From Bythopirellula sp. (GTDB lineage: Bacteria > Planctomycetota > Planctomycetia > Pirellulales > Lacipirellulaceae): 64,000 bases of DNA. Under the pieces are notes generated by a model. It searched no databases. It had not been told where the DNA came from and saw only the letters and a program-made list of their open reading frames with translations. The translations under genes were made by a program, and so were the position numbers. Each line of letters opens with the position of its first letter. The first letter of the stretch is position 1. This document shows, one piece after another, positions 59,027-64,000 of this stretch. The stretch is taken from contig OZ244170.1 in the NCBI GenBank assembly GCA_965216565.1, positions 2,496,001 through 2,560,000 of the forward strand. Reading direction: 5' to 3'.

Positions 59027-60667
59027 ATGACTGACTATACCAAGATTTCACAAGGCACCGTGTACGATCCTGCTAATGGGGTAGATGGTGACGTCCGCGA
59101 TTTGTGGATTGCTGATGGCAAGATCGTTGATCCGCCCACCGATCCTGCCGTGCGGCCCAATCGGGTGATCGATGCCGAAGGGCTGGTGGTGATGCCGGGC
59201 GGCATCGATATGCATTGCCATATCGCTGGCCCGAAAGTGAATGCGGCTCGTAGAATGCGTCCCGAGGATCGCGGCGAAGCACTCCGCCGCACCGACACGT
59301 TGCGCAGCGGAACCATGGGGAGCGTGCCCAGCAGTTTCGCTACGGCCTACAAGTATGCGGGATTGGGTTACACCACCGCCTTCGATGCAGCCGTCCCACC
59401 GCTCGGTGCTCGACATGCCCACGAAGAGCTAGCCGACACGCCCTGCATCGACAAGGGATTCTATGTCCTCTTGGGCAACAACCAATACGCCATGCAATCG
59501 ATTGCCGATGGCGAGCCGGAACGTCTCGATGCGTTCGTCGCCTGGCTGCTAGGCACCGTCAAAGGATTCGCACCGAAATTGGTAAACCCGGGCGGCGTGG
59601 AAGTTTGGAAACAAACTGGCGGCGGGCATCAACATGGTCTCGACGAGGCGGTCGATCATTTTGGGGTCACCCCACGGCAAATCATCACCGAGATCACCGC
59701 CGCGGCCAATCGGCTTCGTCTGCCCCACCCGGTTCACATTCATTGCAACCAACTCGGCATGCCGGGGAATTGGCAGACGACACTCGACACGATGAAAGCC
59801 CTCGACAGCCAGCGGGGACACCTCACACATATTCAGTTCCATAGTTACGGTGGCGGCGATGCGGACGAGACGACGTTCTCCAGCAAAGTGCCAGCGCTTG
59901 CCGATTATGTGAATTCCCGGCCCGAGCTCACCGTGGACGTGGGCCAAGTGATGTTCGGCGAAACCACCAGCATGACGGGTGACGGACCGCTGGGGCATTT
60001 TCTTTCGAAGGTGTACGGCCAGAAATGGTTTTCCAAGGACGTCGAGCTGGAGGCCGGCTGCGGCATCACGCCAATCACTTACAAAAACAAGAATCTGGTG
60101 AACGCCATCCAATGGGCGATCGGGTTGGAGTGGTACCTACTCGTCGACGATCCTTGGAAAGTGGTGATGAGCACGGATCACCCCAACGGCGGATCGTTCT
60201 TGGCGTACCCGCAAATTGTACGGCTGCTGATGGATCGCACTTATCGCTCCGATGTGCTGAAGACGTGCCCGCAGGCTGTCCGCGAACGGACTACGCTGGG
60301 AGACCTCGACCGTGAGTACTCACTTAGCGAAATCGCCATCATCACCCGCGCCGGCCCGGCAAAGATTTTGGGGCTTACTGAAAAAGGCCACCTGGGAGTG
60401 GGCGCCGATGCCGACGTGACGATTTACACGCCCAACGAGAATCGCGAAACGATGTTCGAGCTACCGCGGCTGGTGATCAAAGCGGGACAGGTAATCGTAG
60501 AACAGGGCGAAGTGCGCACGCCCATCCAGGGTAAAACGCTCCACGTGGCCCCCGATTACGACCGCGACCGCGAAGTTGATATTCGCAATTGGCTGGAAGA
60601 GAGCTATTCACTTCGACCGTCGAACTACGGCATCGGGGCGATTGAGGGGGCGGAAGTTGTGGGGTAG
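59027..60667 (+). CDS. fhcA: Formylmethanofuran dehydrogenase subunit A / formyltransferase-hydrolase subunit A
   Basis: DPANG, GGIDMHCHIAG, KLVNPGG, HIHCNQLG.PGN, HIQFHSYG, QWAIGLE and STDHPNGG. Confidence 0.9.
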   Translation: MTDYTKISQGTVYDPANGVDGDVRDLWIADGKIVDPPTDPAVRPNRVIDAEGLVVMPGGIDMHCHIAGPKVNAARRMRPEDRGEALRRTDTLRSGTMGSVPSSFATAYKYAGLGYTTAFDAAVPPLGARHAHEELADTPCIDKGFYVLLGNNQYAMQSIADGEPERLDAFVAWLLGTVKGFAPKLVNPGGVEVWKQTGGGHQHGLDEAVDHFGVTPRQIITEITAAANRLRLPHPVHIHCNQLGMPGNWQTTLDTMKALDSQRGHLTHIQFHSYGGGDADETTFSSKVPALADYVNSRPELTVDVGQVMFGETTSMTGDGPLGHFLSKVYGQKWFSKDVELEAGCGITPITYKNKNLVNAIQWAIGLEWYLLVDDPWKVVMSTDHPNGGSFLAYPQIVRLLMDRTYRSDVLKTCPQAVRERTTLGDLDREYSLSEIAIITRAGPAKILGLTEKGHLGVGADADVTIYTPNENRETMFELPRLVIKAGQVIVEQGEVRTPIQGKTLHVAPDYDRDREVDIRNWLEESYSLRPSNYGIGAIEGAEVVG

Positions 60668-60775
60668 TTTTATCTGGCCCGCGAATAATGCGGATGGACG
60701 CGAATCTATTGAAGCTCCGCTCGCAACCATCGAGAGATATTCTCGCCTAACCGCGCACATTCGCGGGCAACGCTT

Positions 60776-62275
60776 TTACTCTTCGCAGCTAACGGTTGCT
60801 TCCACCTCGTGGACGATCACGATGTCGTGTACGCCCTCGGCAAGCTGTGTGTTCGTGGGGCCAGCCGCCAGATGCGAACCGCCAACGATGACGATGCGGT
60901 CGCCCTCTTTCGCTAATCCCTCGTGGACCGCCCAGTTGTTGGTATGCCGAATGAGCTGCTCGACGTCGTTGGCAGGAGCATCGCGTAGCGGCGTGACGCC
61001 CCAGTAAAGGCACATTTGCCGGAGGGTCGTTTCGTTTTCACTAATGCCAATCGTTGGCACAAAACTACGTTGTTGAGATAGAGCCAACGCTGTGCGGCCG
61101 GAATGGCTAGAAACTACCACCAACTTAGCGCCCAGTTTATGGGCCATCGTTCCCGCTCCACGAACCACGGCACTAGTGACCTGATGGAGGCCATCTGCAC
61201 CTTTTGAAGGCAGTTCGCGCAACGGCTGACCGACCATGCTAGCCTCTGTGGCCATAGCGATGCGGTTCATCATCGATACCGCTTGTACCGGGTAGCGACC
61301 GATGGCGGTTTCTCCCGAGAGCATACAGGCATCCGCTCCATCGAGAATGGCATTGGCCACGTCTGTGGCTTCGGCCCGAGTAGGACGCATCGACTCGTGC
61401 ATGCTCTCCAGCATTTGCGTGGCGATGATTACCGGCTTGTGAAATTCCTGGCAGGTACGGATGATTCGCTTCTGTTCCATCGGCATCTGAGCGACGTCGA
61501 TTTCGACACCCAGATCGCCGCGGGCGACCATAATTCCGTCCGCTTCGTTGACAATTTCGTCCAGTCGCTCGAGTGCTTCGCCTTTTTCGATCTTGGCAAT
61601 CACGCGGGCACTGGATCCTTCCGAGTTGACAATATTTTTTAATGACCGCACTTCGTCAGGCGAGCGAACAAAACTGAGGCTGACAAAGTCGACGCCCGCC
61701 TTCGATGCCCAGATCGCATGTTGATGATCTTCCACACTAATAGCGGGAGCACTAAGTTTGACACCCGGGAGGTTAATCCCCTGCCGGCTGCGAATTGTCC
61801 CGCTTTGCACCACACGCATCCGCACACGATCGGCAGAAGTTTCTTCGACCTCCATCGTGACGGTGCCATCGGCCAGCATGATCCGATTGCCTACTTTCAG
61901 CTCGCGGACGAGGGGCTCGTAGCTTGTGGTAAGCTCATTGCGAGAGTTGGATTCTCCTGTGACGAAGAAGTAATCTTCATCGCGATGGCATTCGAGACAA
62001 TCTTCCTGTAGCTCGCCCAGCCGGAACTTCGGTCCCGCCAAGTCGGCCAATATTGCAATGGGTTGATTGAGTTTCTGCCCTACGCTGCGAATCCGCTCGA
62101 CGATCGGCTGCAAATCATCGGGCCCACCGTGGGCCATATTCAAGCGAAACACATCGGCTCCGGCCTCCACGAGAGCCGCCAATTGATCGAACTCCTGGCA
62201 GGAAGGTCCGACTGTCGCGATGATCTTGGTGCGCGAAATCTGATTGTGGACTTGCGCGAATTGATTCTCTGGCAT
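60776..62275 (-). CDS. pyk: Pyruvate kinase
   Basis: RTKIIATVGP, RLNMAHG, DLAGPK, AKIE, MVARGDLGVE, ATQMLESM and MLSGETA. Start at 62275 or 62323. Confidence 0.96.
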   Translation of the reverse strand: MPENQFAQVHNQISRTKIIATVGPSCQEFDQLAALVEAGADVFRLNMAHGGPDDLQPIVERIRSVGQKLNQPIAILADLAGPKFRLGELQEDCLECHRDEDYFFVTGESNSRNELTTSYEPLVRELKVGNRIMLADGTVTMEVEETSADRVRMRVVQSGTIRSRQGINLPGVKLSAPAISVEDHQHAIWASKAGVDFVSLSFVRSPDEVRSLKNIVNSEGSSARVIAKIEKGEALERLDEIVNEADGIMVARGDLGVEIDVAQMPMEQKRIIRTCQEFHKPVIIATQMLESMHESMRPTRAEATDVANAILDGADACMLSGETAIGRYPVQAVSMMNRIAMATEASMVGQPLRELPSKGADGLHQVTSAVVRGAGTMAHKLGAKLVVVSSHSGRTALALSQQRSFVPTIGISENETTLRQMCLYWGVTPLRDAPANDVEQLIRHTNNWAVHEGLAKEGDRIVIVGGSHLAAGPTNTQLAEGVHDIVIVHEVEATVSCEE

Positions 62276-62642
62276 GTAGGACTCTAAAAAGGAAAGAGGG
62301 TCGCCTGATTGGCCGGGCGACATTTTGGTCGACGACCCTGTCGTGGAATCGGTTGTAGATTCGGCTGTAGAAACTGATGCGGTAGACACTATTGTTATCC
62401 TGAACGTTTGTTTTGGGAATAGAAGGTTTATCCAGGGTGACCGTAGAGACTGCGATACAAGGTCTTTAAAATCTTGGAAAACCGACCGACTCTTGCCGCG
62501 GCGGCGGTGTTCAATCATACTCCTCTCCCATACACGGTTTGCGGACGGGCGGCTAAATGTTTCCAGCACCACCGCCCCGATGGACCGTCTTTCTCGCTAG
62601 AATCGTCAAGACCATCACCCTCCCCGAGTCGACCCCTCCCCT

Positions 62643-63467
62643 ATGACTGCGAGTTATTGGCAGAATAAGGTTTGTCTGGTTACAGGGGCATCGTCCGGTT
62701 TGGGGCTAGTGCTCGCCAAGACTTTGGCAAGCCGGGGAGCAACGCTGGTCATGGTTTCGCGTACCGCCGACTCTCTTAAGCAGGCTGCCAGCGAAGTTGC
62801 GATGTGCGGCGGCAAGGTTGAGTTCGAAACCGCAGACGTTACCAGCCAGGCAGATGTTGAGCGGTTGCTGACGAAGATCGACGAGCAGTTTGGGAGGCTC
62901 GATCTGCTTTGCAATTGTGCGGGGAAGTCGACACGCGGAAGTATGCTGGAAACGAGCATTGACGATTTCCAGGCTCAGCTTGATATCAATTTCCTGTCTG
63001 CCGTGCGAATGACACGGACCTTTGCCAAGCTGTTACTCAAGAGCGGCGGTCATGTGATAAACATCGGATCGTTGGCCAGCAAAGTGGCACCGCGCTTCCT
63101 GGGAGGTTATCCGGCAAGCAAGTTCGCGTTGGCCGCATATACCCAACAACTCCGTTTGGAATTGGGGCCCCAGGGTTTGCACGCGATGCTGGTGTGCCCC
63201 GGTCCCATCCAGCGCGAAGACAACGAACCTCGCTATGCGGAAGAGTCCCAGGGACTCCCGGACGAAGCTCAGCGCCCTGCGGGAGGCGCGAAATTGCAAG
63301 GGATCGACCCCGCATGGCTCGCGGAAAAGATCTTAGCGGCCTGTGAATCGCGCCGAGCTGAATTGGTGATTCCCTGGAAGGTGCGCGTTCTGCTATTACT
63401 TAGCCAAATCTCTCCTCGCCTAGGTGACTGGCTACTGCTGAAGTTCACCGGCGGGCGACAAAAGTAG
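62643..63467 (+). CDS. Short-chain dehydrogenase/reductase
   Basis: TGASSGLG, NCAG and YPASK. Confidence 0.9.
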   Translation: MTASYWQNKVCLVTGASSGLGLVLAKTLASRGATLVMVSRTADSLKQAASEVAMCGGKVEFETADVTSQADVERLLTKIDEQFGRLDLLCNCAGKSTRGSMLETSIDDFQAQLDINFLSAVRMTRTFAKLLLKSGGHVINIGSLASKVAPRFLGGYPASKFALAAYTQQLRLELGPQGLHAMLVCPGPIQREDNEPRYAEESQGLPDEAQRPAGGAKLQGIDPAWLAEKILAACESRRAELVIPWKVRVLLLLSQISPRLGDWLLLKFTGGRQK

Positions 63468-63592
63468 CCATTCAAAGAAATGAAGACAAGATGACAAGAT
63501 TTTCAGGATGTACAGGATAAGCTTACCTGGGTTACTACTGAATCTATCCTGTCTACTTTCTCTCGGTGCTACGTGGGGAAAATAGATTTCTT

Positions 63593-64000
63593 TCAAACCG
63601 TAAAGCTCAGCACCATGAACGCCAAATAGAGCCCGAGCAGTACGAAGCCAAAGCCGCGTTTCATTTCATCTTTGGAGAGAAAGATTCCTGCGCGGAAGAC
63701 GATTAGGATCAACAACATACAAGGGAACAGAACACGAAAAAAGTTGTTCGTCGCGGGCAAGCCCGTCGGTGTCACGGCGGCCGAGGCACCAGCCACGAAA
63801 AGGACATTCAAGATATCGGCACCAATCACGTTGCCCACGGCTAGATCGCCGTGCTTTTTCAGCGCTGCAGTAACAGCGGTGACCAGTTCTGGCAGCGAGG
63901 TCCCGAAGGCCACCAGGGTTGCTGCGACAATACCGCTGGGGATCCCCATTCGCGTCGCCGCCACCTTAATCGCTGGTATCAACATATGACTCGCGCCTAC
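63593..64000 (-). CDS. Ca2+/Na+ antiporter (CaCA family), 3' part only
   Basis: AFGTSLPEL and AVGNVIGADILN alpha-repeat; the gene begins beyond the window end. Confidence 0.85.
   Translation of the reverse strand, partial: VGASHMLIPAIKVAATRMGIPSGIVAATLVAFGTSLPELVTAVTAALKKHGDLAVGNVIGADILNVLFVAGASAAVTPTGLPATNNFFRVLFPCMLLILIVFRAGIFLSKDEMKRGFGFVLLGLYLAFMVLSFTV

Overview
This is a planctomycete-like chromosomal window, inferred from PEP-CTERM proteins, a TPR plus RNAP alpha-CTD protein, an FhcA/FwdA homologue and many intergenic REP-type repeats. It appears to contain the replication terminus. Most genes are housekeeping: secDF-yajC-tgt, tRNA-Thr, asd, truA, accA, dtd, an ABC-F ATPase, pdxA, clpX, holA, tupABC, fhcA/fwdA and pyk. 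The standout is a 2,873-bp element in two head-to-tail copies (17948-23719) between accA and an S46 peptidase gene. It is bounded by three copies of a 26-bp core whose last copy runs into a complete dif-like site (ACGTCCGATAA TCATAG TTATGTTCGTT, 23702-23729). The element-side copies keep the XerC arm and central hexamer but have a degenerate XerD arm. Each unit encodes four proteins: an HUH rolling-circle Rep, a divergent ECF-sigma-like protein, a probable small ssDNA-binding protein and a ribbon-helix-helix regulator. It also carries long ssDNA hairpins, but no integrase or recognisable virion genes. This fits a minimal Xer-exploiting integrative rolling-circle element (IMEX; TLC/RS1-like satellite or plasmid). 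KOPS-like GGGNAGGG octamers switch strand across this locus, which supports the dif call. Secondary points are a ParE-like toxin inactivated by one amber codon, a tungstate transporter head-to-head with fhcA/fwdA, a probable pseudo-hydrolase and several repeat families. All protein calls come from motif reading by eye; no database searches were run.
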